A stretch of DNA of 55,103 nucleotides from a bacterium (GTDB lineage: Bacteria; Patescibacteriota; Patescibacteriia; JAACEG01; JAGUWE01). The notes under the pieces were generated by a model that was given only the letters and a program-made list of their open reading frames with translations, was not told the DNA's origin and made no database searches. The DNA lies in assembly GCA_043798995.1 (NCBI GenBank), contig JAZDOD010000009.1:80015-135117 (forward strand), written 5' to 3'. Numbering within the stretch: position 1 is the stretch's first letter; every line of letters starts with the position of its first letter. The position numbers were made by a program, and so were the translations under genes. Positions 24,735-34,703 of this stretch are shown in pieces.

Positions 24735-25340
24735 ATGCCAAAAGAAACTTTTAAAAAACAAAACGAGGTGGATGATATTTTTTCTAGCACTGAATCAGCT
24801 TCAAAAACTCAGCCAATTTCAAACTTAAAACGAGCCACGCGAGCCATTTCAGCCGGTTTAGGAGGACAAAGGTCAATATCCCAAAGCGAAAATTCTGGCA
24901 ACTCAGGCGGCAGCGGCTGGGGGAAAAAGATTTTGATTATGGCGGTGGTTGTAATCGTTGCTTCAGCCGGAGCAGCTTTAGCCTGGTTTTTGTTAAGCAA
25001 GAGTCCGGCCGGAACCCCGGGAGTTAATAATATAAGTAATATCAATGAAAACCAGCCGACTGGAGAAACTTTAAAAAATACCGGCGGCAATTATGTTAAT
25101 CAGAAAATTGATGCCGATACCGATGGCTTAACTAACGAGGAAGAAAAAAAATTAGGCACTGATCCCAATAAAGCTGATTCCGACAATGATGATTTATTGG
25201 ATCGCGAAGAAGTAAAAACTTACCAGACCGATCCCTTAAATCCAGACACTGACGGCGATGGTTATAAAGATGGCGAAGAAGTAAGAACCGGCAATAATCC
25301 CAAGGGGCCGGGGCGGTTATTTGAAATACCTAAAAAATAA
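24735..25340 (+). CDS. Membrane-anchored thrombospondin-type-3-repeat protein
   Basis: TM helix ILIMAVVVIVASAGAALAWFLL; DADTDGLTNEEE...DSDNDDLLDREE...NPDTDGDGYKDGEE. Confidence 0.6.
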   Translation: MPKETFKKQNEVDDIFSSTESASKTQPISNLKRATRAISAGLGGQRSISQSENSGNSGGSGWGKKILIMAVVVIVASAGAALAWFLLSKSPAGTPGVNNISNINENQPTGETLKNTGGNYVNQKIDADTDGLTNEEEKKLGTDPNKADSDNDDLLDREEVKTYQTDPLNPDTDGDGYKDGEEVRTGNNPKGPGRLFEIPKK

Positions 25341-25390
25341 AAATTTCTAAAATTAACTTATATTTATAATTAATTATTAGATTTAAATTT

Positions 25391-26452
25391 ATGTTTGAAG
25401 AAAACGTTCCAAATAATTTGCCAACCGGCAATCAGCCCGAAGACCCGTTTGCTAAAATTGAGTCAGAAAAAGCAATTTTTACCGCGCCTGCTTCCTCACC
25501 GCCGCCACCACCGACATCGCTGGCGGGCGAGGAAATTCATACCATGCCGGAAAAATTTCTAACTCAGCCACTCAAAAAAGTATCAACCACTGTTATTTTA
25601 ATAATTGTTTTACTTTTAGTTTTAATTGCGGCCGGTGTCGGCGTATTTTTTTTCCGTGACAAAATCAGCGGTTTCTTAGCTAGTCGCTTTGGCGGCAACG
25701 TGGCTTTAGAAGTTAATTCCACTCCGAGCAATCTCAATAATACTGCCTTGGTTAATGAGACCAACGAAAATACTAATAATACTAATACCAACGAAAATAC
25801 CAACCTTAACGAAAACACTAACAACGAAACAAACACTAATTTAAATACCAATACCGAAGTAACTCAGCAATTTTTAGATACTATGCTTTCCAGCACCGAT
25901 ACGGACAATGATTTATTGACTGACGCAGAAGAGACTATTTATCAAACCAATCCCAACCAAGCCGACAGCGATCAAGACGGTTATTTAGACGGTCAAGAGG
26001 TAGTGAATTTTTATGATCCGGCAGCCGCTCAAGTTAAATTAGCTAATTCCACGGCGGTTCATAAATACACTAATTCTGATTATGGCTATTCCGTTTATTA
26101 TCCAGCAACTTGGCAAGCAAGAAACCTGGGCGAGGGTAATCAGGAAGTTATCTTTGATTCTGGCGTCGGAGAGTTTATCGGTATAAGCGTTCAGGAAAAT
26201 CCCAATGGACTTTCGGCTTTAGATTGGTACTCACAAAGTTTGACTGATTTTAACTCTTACGAAATTCAGAAAGTTAATTTTGGTACAATTCAAGCAATTA
26301 AGAGTTTAGATGGCTTCAGTCTTTATTTTAGCGGTACCAACGGCGGTAAAAATTACATTTACACCTTAACTTATAATATCGGCAACAAAACCGAAGTTGC
26401 CTATAAAACTACCTTTCAGATGATGCAAAAAAGCTTTGAATTTATCCCGTAA
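25391..26452 (+). CDS. Membrane-anchored thrombospondin-type-3-repeat protein with Asn/Thr-rich linker
   Basis: TM helix, an NENTNNTNTNENTN low-complexity stretch, and DTDNDLLTDAEE...DSDQDGYLDGQE. Confidence 0.6.
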   Translation: MFEENVPNNLPTGNQPEDPFAKIESEKAIFTAPASSPPPPPTSLAGEEIHTMPEKFLTQPLKKVSTTVILIIVLLLVLIAAGVGVFFFRDKISGFLASRFGGNVALEVNSTPSNLNNTALVNETNENTNNTNTNENTNLNENTNNETNTNLNTNTEVTQQFLDTMLSSTDTDNDLLTDAEETIYQTNPNQADSDQDGYLDGQEVVNFYDPAAAQVKLANSTAVHKYTNSDYGYSVYYPATWQARNLGEGNQEVIFDSGVGEFIGISVQENPNGLSALDWYSQSLTDFNSYEIQKVNFGTIQAIKSLDGFSLYFSGTNGGKNYIYTLTYNIGNKTEVAYKTTFQMMQKSFEFIP

Positions 26453-26457
26453 CCTTA

Positions 26458-26889
26458 ATGGCTCGCTTGCCAAAAATTCAGTGCCAGATTAATCCGGGTC
26501 GCAGTTTAGCCATATCACCGAAAATAGTTAAAAAAACGGCAGAGAAAATTTTGGCTTTATTTAAAATTAAAGAAGCTGATATATCCATAGCTTTTATTGA
26601 CCGCGGGGAGATAAGAAAACTTAACAAGACTTATCGCGGAAAAAACTCAGCAACCGATGTTTTAAGCTTTCCTTATTATCACCAAAAAAATTATCTTTCA
26701 GGCGAAATAATTATTTCCTGGCCGCAAGTTAAGAAAAACGCTGCCAAAGAAAAAATCTCGCCCTTTTCTGAACTGAACAAGGTTCTTGTTCACAGTCTGC
26801 TTCATTTGATAGGTTATGATCATCAGAAAGAAGCTGAAACAATTTTAATGAGAAAAAAAGAACGAGAAATAATCTCCAAAATTAAATGA
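26458..26889 (+). CDS. ybeY: rRNA maturation endoribonuclease YbeY
   Basis: TDVLSFP and HSLLHLIGYDH motifs. Confidence 0.85.
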   Translation: MARLPKIQCQINPGRSLAISPKIVKKTAEKILALFKIKEADISIAFIDRGEIRKLNKTYRGKNSATDVLSFPYYHQKNYLSGEIIISWPQVKKNAAKEKISPFSELNKVLVHSLLHLIGYDHQKEAETILMRKKEREIISKIK

Positions 26890-26957
26890 AATTTTCATCA
26901 GAAATTAGTAATTATCGTCCCTTCGGGAGATCTCTCGTAGGGAGAGAAATTTAATTT

Positions 26958-27335
26958 ATGTCCTTTTTTAATTTTAAGATACTTTTTTCAAGTTTTCAGC
27001 ATGCCGGCAAAGGATTGGTGCGGGCTATCAGAAAAGAGCAGAATTTCAGAATCCATTTTTTGATCGCTATTTTTATTTTACTCTCGGCTTATTATTTTCA
27101 GATCAGCAGTTTTGAGCTTATTGTAATTATTATTTTAATTACTTTAGTTTTTGTTTTAGAATTGTTTAACACGATTTTTGAAAGATTGGTTGATTTGCTT
27201 CAACCGCGTATCCATCACTATGCTAAGGAAATAAAAGATATTAATGCCGCCGTTGTTTTGGTGGCGGCAATCGGCAGTTTTATTATTGGTTTGATTATTT
27301 TTTTGCCAAGAATTTTTTCCTTATTTTTTAAATAA
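26958..27335 (+). CDS. dgkA: Diacylglycerol/undecaprenol kinase family membrane protein
   Basis: 125 aa with three TM segments; EQNFRIHF and NTIFERLVD motifs. Confidence 0.7.
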   Translation: MSFFNFKILFSSFQHAGKGLVRAIRKEQNFRIHFLIAIFILLSAYYFQISSFELIVIIILITLVFVLELFNTIFERLVDLLQPRIHHYAKEIKDINAAVVLVAAIGSFIIGLIIFLPRIFSLFFK

Positions 27336-27364
27336 TTGGCAGAAAATTGTTTTTTTAGTATAAT
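27336..27364 (+). promoter_or_regulatory. Sigma70-type promoter for ftsA-ftsZ
   Basis: TTGGCA - 17 nt - TATAAT, 44 nt upstream of the ftsA ATG. Confidence 0.55.
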
Positions 27365-27407
27365 GATTTAAGCTGTTAATATATATAATATTAGGTAAAA
27401 AGCTTCT

Positions 27408-28661
27408 ATGAAGCGGGATCAATTAATAGCCGGATTAGATGTTGGTTCAGAAGCTATTCGGATGGCCGTAGCCCGACCACCGCGCACCAGTGAAGCGGAA
27501 AGAAGATTAAATATTATTGGGGTGGCCGAAGCAACTTCCGAAGGTATTTCTAAGGGGATTATTAATAGTGTAGAAGAAGCAGTCTCCAGTATTTCGCTTT
27601 GCTTGGAGCGGGCCGAAAGAATGGTCGGCTTGCCGATTGAAAGCGTCTGGGTTGGCATTTCCGGCGGTCAAGTTATTTCTCACGAGAACAAGGGAATAGT
27701 AGCTATTTCAAGAGCCGACGGTGAGATTCAAGAAGAAGACATTGAGCGCGTCATTGAGGCGGCGCGGCTTGTCAATGCCCCGGCTAATTATGAAATTTTG
27801 CATGTTATTCCCCAGAGTTTTGCTATTGATCATCAAAGTGGCATTAAGGATCCTTTGGGTATGAGCGGCATTCGTCTGGAAGCTAATGTTCAGGTTATTC
27901 AGGGACTTTCCAGCCAGATTAAAAATTTGACCCGCTGCATTTATCGGACCGGCCTGGAAATTGAAGATTTGGTTTTTTCAATTTTAGCCACGGCCGAAGC
28001 AGTTTTGGATAAGCGTCAAAAAGAGTTGGGCGTAGCATTGATTGATATTGGTAAATCAGCCACTAATGGCGTAATTTTTGAAGATGGCGATGTGATTCAT
28101 ACTTTTAATATTCCCATTGCCTCCTCTCATATTACTGCTGATATTGCCATTGGCCTTAGAAGTTCAATTGATACGGCTGAAATAATCAAGCTTCAGTTTG
28201 GCACCGCGGATATTAAGGCCATAAAAAAAGGTGAAGAAATTGATTTGGCTACCTTAAGTTCAATTGACGAGGGAGTGGTTTTAAGAAAATATGTAGCCGA
28301 AATAATTGAAGCTAGGGTTGAAGAAATCTTTGAACGCGTGGTCAAAGAACTGGATAAGATTGACCGGGCTAGCAAATTGCCAGCCGGAGTGATTTTTACC
28401 GGTGGCGGTGCCAAATTAGGAGGACTGGCGGAGTTGGCCAAGCGCAAGTTTAAACTGCCGGCTTTCCTGGGTTATCCTCATCATTTTATCAGTGCGATTG
28501 ATCGGGTTAATGATTTAAGTTTTGCCACGGCCGTTGGTCTGGCTCTGTGGGGTATTAATGCCGAAATTCATCCGGAGGGAGCGATGTTTAAAGCCAAAGG
28601 CCGAGGATTGGGCAAATTGGGCGACAAAATTAAAAAAATATTTAAATCATTTACACCTTAA
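27408..28661 (+). CDS. ftsA: Cell division protein FtsA
   Basis: Actin-fold motifs GLDVGSEAIR and VIFTGGGAKLGGL. Confidence 0.9.
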   Translation: MKRDQLIAGLDVGSEAIRMAVARPPRTSEAERRLNIIGVAEATSEGISKGIINSVEEAVSSISLCLERAERMVGLPIESVWVGISGGQVISHENKGIVAISRADGEIQEEDIERVIEAARLVNAPANYEILHVIPQSFAIDHQSGIKDPLGMSGIRLEANVQVIQGLSSQIKNLTRCIYRTGLEIEDLVFSILATAEAVLDKRQKELGVALIDIGKSATNGVIFEDGDVIHTFNIPIASSHITADIAIGLRSSIDTAEIIKLQFGTADIKAIKKGEEIDLATLSSIDEGVVLRKYVAEIIEARVEEIFERVVKELDKIDRASKLPAGVIFTGGGAKLGGLAELAKRKFKLPAFLGYPHHFISAIDRVNDLSFATAVGLALWGINAEIHPEGAMFKAKGRGLGKLGDKIKKIFKSFTP

Positions 28662-28710
28662 AGTGATACGAATAAAATTTAAGATTATAATAATTTAAAA
28701 ATAGTTTTTT

Positions 28711-29904
28711 ATGGCTGAAGTTAAACCAGAAATCGAAACCTTAGCAAAAATAAAAGTTATTGGCGTTGGGGGGAGTGGTAGTTCGGTAGTTAATCGTATG
28801 ATTAAAAAGAAAATCAGAGGTGTTGAGTTTTGGGCAATTAATACTGATGCCCAGGCCTTGCATCACTCGGCCTCACCGCGTAAATTGCACATTGGCAAAA
28901 CCGTGACGCGGGGCTTGGGCGCCGGCATGAATCCGGAGTTGGGCCGACGGGCGGCCGAAGAAAGCCAGAACGAAATAAGAGAAACGCTTAAAAGCAGCGA
29001 TATGGTTTTTATTACCTGCGGTTTAGGCGGCGGTACTGGCACTGGCGCTTCGCCAATTATTGCTGAGATTGCCAAAGATTCAGGCGCTCTGACAATTGCG
29101 GTCGTGACCAAGCCCTTTTCTTTTGAAGGCCTTCAGCGCAAAGAAATTGCTGAAAAAGGATTGGAAGAACTGCGCCAAAAGGTTGATTCTCTTATTATTA
29201 TTCCGAATGATAAAATTTTACAGATTATTGACAAAAAAACTTCTCTTTTGGATGCCTTTGCCGTGGTTGATAATGTTTTGTATATGGGAGTTCAGGGCAT
29301 TGCTGAAATTATTACCGTGCCTGGTTTGATCAATGTTGATTTTGCTGATATCAAAGCCATTATGCAAAATACCGGTTCGGCTCTTTTGGGCATTGGTGAA
29401 GCTAGCGGTGAAAATCGAGCTGAAGTTGCGGCTAAGGCCGCTATTAAATCACCCTTGCTTGATATTTCCATTGAAGGGGCTAAAGGGATTCTTTTTACCA
29501 TTTCCGGCGGCGAGGATTTAACTATGCATGAAGTTAATGAAGCCGCTAGGATTATAACCGAACAGGCTGATGAGAACGCCAAGATTATTTTCGGCGCTGT
29601 CATTAACGAGGAGCTCAAAGATCAGTTTAAAGTTACGGTTGTAGCTACCGGTTTTGAATCAAGGCCGTCGCCCTCCTCTTCCTTAAGGGAAAAAGAAACC
29701 CCGCTTTATAGTCCTTATTATCGTGAAAACAGCTATCTTAAGGAAAAAGAGGAGGAAGAAACCAAAAAGAAAATAAAAATTAAACGCGAGCAATTATTTA
29801 CTCCCACTCCCGAAGAAAAGCCAACCCCTGAAGAGTCGCCCCAAAAAAAAGAAGAAGAGGATGAACTGGACATCCCGGCTTTTATCAGAAAAAAAATGAT
29901 GTAA
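28711..29904 (+). CDS. ftsZ: Cell division GTPase FtsZ
   Basis: GVGGSGSSVVNRM, the GGGTGTGASP signature, and the C-terminal peptide DIPAFIRKK. Confidence 0.95.
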   Translation: MAEVKPEIETLAKIKVIGVGGSGSSVVNRMIKKKIRGVEFWAINTDAQALHHSASPRKLHIGKTVTRGLGAGMNPELGRRAAEESQNEIRETLKSSDMVFITCGLGGGTGTGASPIIAEIAKDSGALTIAVVTKPFSFEGLQRKEIAEKGLEELRQKVDSLIIIPNDKILQIIDKKTSLLDAFAVVDNVLYMGVQGIAEIITVPGLINVDFADIKAIMQNTGSALLGIGEASGENRAEVAAKAAIKSPLLDISIEGAKGILFTISGGEDLTMHEVNEAARIITEQADENAKIIFGAVINEELKDQFKVTVVATGFESRPSPSSSLREKETPLYSPYYRENSYLKEKEEEETKKKIKIKREQLFTPTPEEKPTPEESPQKKEEEDELDIPAFIRKKMM

Positions 29905-30028
29905 TTTTTATATAAAATATAAAAACGAAATTTTTTAAAAAACAAAAATAAAAAACAATAAAAAATAGCCACTCGAAAATTAAAAGTAAGATTTAAAGAT
30001 GGGCTATTTTTATTTGTTTTCCACAGCC

Positions 30029-30057
30029 TTGACAAGTTCTATATATTGTGGTATGAT
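30029..30057 (+). promoter_or_regulatory. Sigma70-type promoter of the nrdR-nrdD-nrdG cluster
   Basis: TTGACA (30029-34) - 17 nt - TGgTATGAT (extended -10, 30049-57). Confidence 0.6.
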
Positions 30058-30084
30058 ATTATTATATAACACAAGATATAGTAT
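30036..30084 (+). promoter_or_regulatory. Two NrdR boxes
   Basis: Box 1 core CTATATATTG (30039-48) overlaps the promoter spacer. Box 2 ACACAAGATATAGTAT (30069-84) matches acaCwAtATaTwGtgt at 14/16. The centres are ~33 bp apart. Confidence 0.65.
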
Positions 30085-30172
30085 AAATACGCTGAATTGT
30101 TATTCTAAATTATCCTCTTTATTTATATAAATTTCGGATTTTTGCCTTAATTTCGTAATCTCGAAGAATTTT

Positions 30173-30670
30173 ATGAAATGTCCTGCCTGCCATCATTTTG
30201 ATACCAAGGTCATTGATTCGCGGGTGGCTACCGATGGCATTACTATCAGACGCCGTCGCCAATGCCAAAAGTGCAGCTTTCGTTTTTCTACCCGAGAAGA
30301 AATGGAACTTTTGGATTTGACCGTTATTAAAAGAGATGGCCGCAAAGAGGCCTATAGCCGGGAAAAATTAGCCACCGGACTGCGAAAAGCTTTAGAAAAA
30401 AGACCAATCACTGCCGATGAATTTAAGAAATTAGTTAGCAATATTGAAAAAGACATTCAACTTAAAAAGAAAGACGAGATTAAAAGCAGTGAAATCGGTG
30501 AAATTGTGATTAAGAGATTGGCTAAACTTGATGAGGTTGCCTATATTCGCTTCGCTTCGGTTTATAAATCATTTAAGGATGTCAAAACTTTTCAGCGGGA
30601 ACTGGCCAAATTTACCTCTAAGAAAGTCAAGAAAAGCAAAGCAGCCGTGAGGGTCAAAAGAAAGAAGTAA
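30173..30670 (+). CDS. nrdR: Transcriptional repressor NrdR
   Basis: Zinc ribbon MKCPACHH...CQKCSFRF plus an ATP-cone. Confidence 0.9.
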   Translation: MKCPACHHFDTKVIDSRVATDGITIRRRRQCQKCSFRFSTREEMELLDLTVIKRDGRKEAYSREKLATGLRKALEKRPITADEFKKLVSNIEKDIQLKKKDEIKSSEIGEIVIKRLAKLDEVAYIRFASVYKSFKDVKTFQRELAKFTSKKVKKSKAAVRVKRKK

Positions 30671-30745
30671 ATAAGGGGTTTTAGCTAATTAGCCGAGATT
30701 AGTTAATAAATAAACCATCTTAATAATTAAATAAAATAACTTTCT

Positions 30746-32902
30746 ATGGTCTCATTGGAAAACAAAATCACGCAAATCAGAAAACGCGATGGTCGCATCG
30801 TTGATTTTGATCAAGTAAAAATTACCGAAGCAATTTGGAAAGCGCTTCAAGTCACGGGCGAAGCCAAAAATAAAAAGAAAGCTGAAAAGCTCTCGGACGA
30901 CGCCGTTATTTTACTGAACAAGAAATTTCATTCCCGTTCCATTCCAGCAGTTGAAGAAATCCAGGATGTAGTAGAAGAAACCCTGATTCGGGCGCGGCTT
31001 ATTAAAGCCGCCAAGTCCTATATTTTGTATCGCGAACAGCATCGAAAAATTAGAGAAATAAAAAATCTGCTTGATTCCAATGAGCTGGTGGAAAGTTATT
31101 TAAGCCAATTAGACTGGCGGGTCAAAGAAAACAGCAATATGAGTTTTTCCCTTCAGGGACTTAACAATCATATTTCTGCGGCCGTTTCTTCGCGTTATTG
31201 GCTAAATAAAGTTTATCCGCCTGAAGTGCGACAGGCCCATTTGGACGGCGATTTTCATCTTCATGATCTGCAACTGCTCTCAGCTTATTGCGCCGGCTGG
31301 GATTTAAAGGACTTACTGATCCGCGGCTTTGGCGGGGTGACTGGCAAAATTGAGTCCAAACCACCGAAGCATTTCCGCAGCGCCCTTGGCCAGATTGTTA
31401 ACTTTTTTTATACGCTTCAAGGTGAAGTGGCCGGCGCCCAGGCTTTTTCCAACTTTGACACTTATTTAGCTCCGTTTATCCGCCATGATAATTTGACTTA
31501 CGAAGAAGTTAAACAAGCGCTTCAGGAATTTTTATTCAACATCAATGTGCCAACCCGGGTCGGTTTTCAGACTCCTTTCACCAATATTACTTTGGATTTA
31601 TTTCCGCCGGAAAATTTAAAAGATGAAGCAGTTATTATCGGCGGTGAACCTCAGGCGACCAAACACGATGATTATCAGAAAGAAATGGATTTGTTTAATC
31701 TGGCTTTTGCCGAAGTAATGATGGCCGGCGACGCTAAAGGACGCGTTTTTACTTTTCCGATTCCCACTTATAACATCACTAAAAATTTTGATTGGGATAA
31801 TCCGGTCATTACCAAGGTTTTTGAAATGACGGCCAAATACGGCATTCCTTATTTTTCCAATTTTATTAATTCAGAAATGAAGCCGGAAGATGCTCGCAGT
31901 ATGTGTTGCCGTCTGCGTTTGGACAACAGGGAACTGCGTCATCGCGGCGGCGGACTTTTTGCCGCCAATCCTTTAACCGGTTCAATCGGAGTGGTGACTT
32001 TAAATTTAGTCCGTCTTGGTTATTTGGCGCATAAGGCTTATCCGCAAGATTCAGAAAAAGCCAAGAAAGAATTTTTCCGCCGCTTAAGCGAAATTATGGA
32101 CATTGCCCGTGCCAGCCTGGAAATTAAAAGAGAAACCCTGGAAAGGTTAACCGAGGAAAGTCTTTATCCTTATGCTAAATATTACCTCATTGGCATTAAA
32201 GAGCGTTTTGGCCAATATTGGAAAAATCATTTTTCCACCATTGGTATCAACGGCATGAATGAAGCTTTAATTAATTTAATGAAAAAAGATATTGCCACCG
32301 AGGAAGGCCGTCTATTTGGGCTTGAGGTTTTGGATTTTATGCGCGAGCGCTTAATGGATTACCAAAACGAAACCAATAATTTATATAATTTAGAAGCAAC
32401 CCCGGCCGAGGGCGTTACTTATCGTTTGCCTCATTTGGACAAAGCCAGATTTCCGGACATCATTGTGGCTAATGAAGAGGAAGTTAAAAAAGGCGCTGAA
32501 CCATATTATACCAATTCAACTCATCTGCCGGTAAATTTTACCGATGATATTTTTGAGGCCTTAAAACTTCAGGACAAACTTCAAACCAAATACACCGGCG
32601 GCACGGTTATTCATATTTTTGTCGGTGAAAAAATACCAAGCGTTGAAGCCACTAAAAATTTAATAAAGAAAGTAGCAGAAAATTTTCATTTGCCTTATTA
32701 CACCATTACCCCGACTTTTAGCGTTTGTCCGGAACACGGCTATTTGGCTGGCGAACATTTTGAATGTCCGCATTGCCAACGCCGAGCCGAGGTTTATTCC
32801 CGGATTGTCGGCTATCTTCGGCCGATCCAGCAATGGAATAAAAGTAAACAAGCTGAGTTTAATGACCGCAAGGTTTTTAAAATAGCGGCGCCAGTTAGTT
32901 AA
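30746..32902 (+). CDS. nrdD: Anaerobic (class III) ribonucleoside-triphosphate reductase
   Basis: N-terminal ATP-cone, C-terminal CPEHG...CPHC zinc site, and glycyl-radical motif SRIVGYLR. Confidence 0.9.
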   Translation: MVSLENKITQIRKRDGRIVDFDQVKITEAIWKALQVTGEAKNKKKAEKLSDDAVILLNKKFHSRSIPAVEEIQDVVEETLIRARLIKAAKSYILYREQHRKIREIKNLLDSNELVESYLSQLDWRVKENSNMSFSLQGLNNHISAAVSSRYWLNKVYPPEVRQAHLDGDFHLHDLQLLSAYCAGWDLKDLLIRGFGGVTGKIESKPPKHFRSALGQIVNFFYTLQGEVAGAQAFSNFDTYLAPFIRHDNLTYEEVKQALQEFLFNINVPTRVGFQTPFTNITLDLFPPENLKDEAVIIGGEPQATKHDDYQKEMDLFNLAFAEVMMAGDAKGRVFTFPIPTYNITKNFDWDNPVITKVFEMTAKYGIPYFSNFINSEMKPEDARSMCCRLRLDNRELRHRGGGLFAANPLTGSIGVVTLNLVRLGYLAHKAYPQDSEKAKKEFFRRLSEIMDIARASLEIKRETLERLTEESLYPYAKYYLIGIKERFGQYWKNHFSTIGINGMNEALINLMKKDIATEEGRLFGLEVLDFMRERLMDYQNETNNLYNLEATPAEGVTYRLPHLDKARFPDIIVANEEEVKKGAEPYYTNSTHLPVNFTDDIFEALKLQDKLQTKYTGGTVIHIFVGEKIPSVEATKNLIKKVAENFHLPYYTITPTFSVCPEHGYLAGEHFECPHCQRRAEVYSRIVGYLRPIQQWNKSKQAEFNDRKVFKIAAPVS

Positions 32903-32931
32903 TCTAATTATAATTAGCTATTTAGTTATTG

Positions 32932-33014
32932 CGAGTTTAGCGAGTTAAGAATTATGAAAATAACCCGCTAAACTCGTTAACCCGTAATAAGTTAATAATA
33001 ATAATAATAATAAT
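32932..33014. repeat. 11-bp-stem hairpin (CGAGTTTAGCG/CGCTAAACTCG) followed by an (AAT)7 microsatellite, between nrdD and nrdG
   Basis: Stem arms at 32932-42 and 32966-76; AAT x7 at 32994-33014. Confidence 0.7.
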
Positions 33015-33020
33015 AAAAAA

Positions 33021-33734
33021 ATGCTTATCGGCGGACTCCACAAACTAACTTTAATTGATTTTCCCGACAAAGTTGCGGCTGTGGTTTTTACTTATGGCTG
33101 TAATTTTGATTGCAGTTTTTGCCATAATGTGTTGATGAAAAAAGGCGTCATGAAACAAGACGAAAATTTTTTGAGCCAGATTTCCGAAGAGGAATTTTTT
33201 TCTTTTTTAAAAGAAAGAATCGGGCTTTTGGACGGCGTTTGTATCAGCGGTGGCGAGCCGACTTTGCACGAGGATTTGCCGGAATTTATAAAAAAGATTA
33301 AAGAGCTTGGTTTTGCTGTTAAACTTGATACTAATGGCACCAATCCTCAAATGCTCAAAGAATTAATTTCCCAAAATTTAATTGATTATATTGCCATGGA
33401 TATTAAAGCGCCTCTTAATGAAAGGGCCTACGAGAGAGCGACTAACAAAAAAATAGACCAACTACTGCCACGAGTTAAAGAAAGTATTGAAATTTTGCTC
33501 CGAGGCGAGGTTGATTATGAGTTTAGGACCACCACTGATAAAAAAGTTTTAAATCCAAAGGAAATTTTGGAAATCATCAAATCAATTCATAGCGCCAAAA
33601 GATATTATCTCCAAAACGTTGTCCGGCGTGAAGAATTATCAGCCGAAGTTGAACCTTATCAGCCCGAGGAACTAAAAACCCTCGCCCAAGTCATCAATCA
33701 AATGGCCATTCCTTGCGAAGTGAGGAATATCTAA
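33021..33734 (+). CDS. nrdG: Anaerobic RNR activating enzyme (radical SAM)
   Basis: CNFDCSFCHN cluster motif; GVCISGGEP. Confidence 0.85.
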   Translation: MLIGGLHKLTLIDFPDKVAAVVFTYGCNFDCSFCHNVLMKKGVMKQDENFLSQISEEEFFSFLKERIGLLDGVCISGGEPTLHEDLPEFIKKIKELGFAVKLDTNGTNPQMLKELISQNLIDYIAMDIKAPLNERAYERATNKKIDQLLPRVKESIEILLRGEVDYEFRTTTDKKVLNPKEILEIIKSIHSAKRYYLQNVVRREELSAEVEPYQPEELKTLAQVINQMAIPCEVRNI

Positions 33735-33767
33735 AATGGTTGTTTAACGTAAATTTATAAAATTTAA

Positions 33768-33791
33768 ACAAGGGCGAGCCCCTTGTTTTTT
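33768..33791 (+). terminator. Intrinsic terminator after nrdG
   Basis: ACAAGGG-CGAGC-CCCTTGT followed by TTTTTT. Confidence 0.8.
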
Positions 33792-33845
33792 AAATTCAAT
33801 TTGCTATAATTTGATAAATAAAAAATAAAGCAATAAGGAGGAAAG

Positions 33846-34598
33846 ATGAAACTAAAAATTTTAGGTTCTAATGGCTGGTATGCCAGCGCGACGGGCAACA
33901 CGAGTTGTATTTTAATTGAGACCAAAGATTTTTATTTAGTTTTGGATGCCGGCGATGGTTTGGCTAAATTAGACCGCGAAATAAAATTAGAAAAACCGAT
34001 TTATCTTTTTTTAAGCCATTTTCACTTGGACCACATTTACGGCCTGCACATTTTGAATAAATTCCGTTTTAGCCAATCAATGACAATTTTCGGTCAGCCC
34101 GGCACTAAAAAAATTCTCAAAAAGATTATTGCCAGTCCTTTTACCGCTCCTTTCAGTGTCTTAAAAACAAAAGTTGTCATCAAAGATTTAAAAGAAGGAC
34201 TTAATCGTCCGCCACTTGTGCCTTTTTTGGTTGAGGCGCGCTATTTAGTCCATGCTGATCCTTGTTTAGGTTTTCGTTTTAATCTTGATAGCAAAATTAT
34301 AACCTACTGTACCGATACCGGGGTTTGTCAGGAACTTTTACAGCTGGCGCGCCAAGCCGACATTTTAATTACCGAGTGTAGTATTAAACCCGGTCAAAGT
34401 TCACCCCATTGGCCTCATTTAAATCCAGAAGACGCAGCCATTATTGCCAAACGAGCTAAGGCAAGCAAACTTCTACTTGTTCATTTTGCAGCTCATATTT
34501 ATCAGACTCTTGAGGAGCGCCGTGTTGCCGAAAAAGTTGCCAGAAAAATTTTTCCTGAAACTTTTGCCGCTTTTGACGATTGGGAAATGGAGATATAA
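33846..34598 (+). CDS. MBL-fold metallo-hydrolase (RNase Z/BN-like size and motif)
   Basis: LFLSHFHLDHIYGL (HxHxDH); 250 aa. Confidence 0.6.
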   Translation: MKLKILGSNGWYASATGNTSCILIETKDFYLVLDAGDGLAKLDREIKLEKPIYLFLSHFHLDHIYGLHILNKFRFSQSMTIFGQPGTKKILKKIIASPFTAPFSVLKTKVVIKDLKEGLNRPPLVPFLVEARYLVHADPCLGFRFNLDSKIITYCTDTGVCQELLQLARQADILITECSIKPGQSSPHWPHLNPEDAAIIAKRAKASKLLLVHFAAHIYQTLEERRVAEKVARKIFPETFAAFDDWEMEI

Positions 34599-34610
34599 TA
34601 ATATAATTTT

Positions 34611-34640
34611 AAAAGGGCCCCCTTAAGCCCTTTTTTATTT
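34611..34640 (+). terminator. Intrinsic terminator
   Basis: AAAGGGC-CCCCTTAA-GCCCTTT followed by a T-run. Confidence 0.7.
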
Positions 34641-34703
34641 TTGGTCTAAATTCTGATATAATAAAAGAAGATTAATAATTAATCTTATAAATTTTATAAA
34701 AAA

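Noticed and set aside
25730-25860. Asn/Thr-rich DNA repeat (aatac/aacga motifs) as an independent tandem-repeat element.
   Set aside because: It is in frame within the 25391-26452 CDS and encodes a low-complexity NENTN linker. The repeat is imperfect and codon-level, so it is treated as part of the protein.
27460-27510. Slightly GC-rich segment near the FtsA N-terminus (ARPPRTSEAERR) as another in-frame element.
   Set aside because: It has no palindromic termini and no similarity to families A-E. The length difference from other FtsA proteins is only a few residues in a variable loop.
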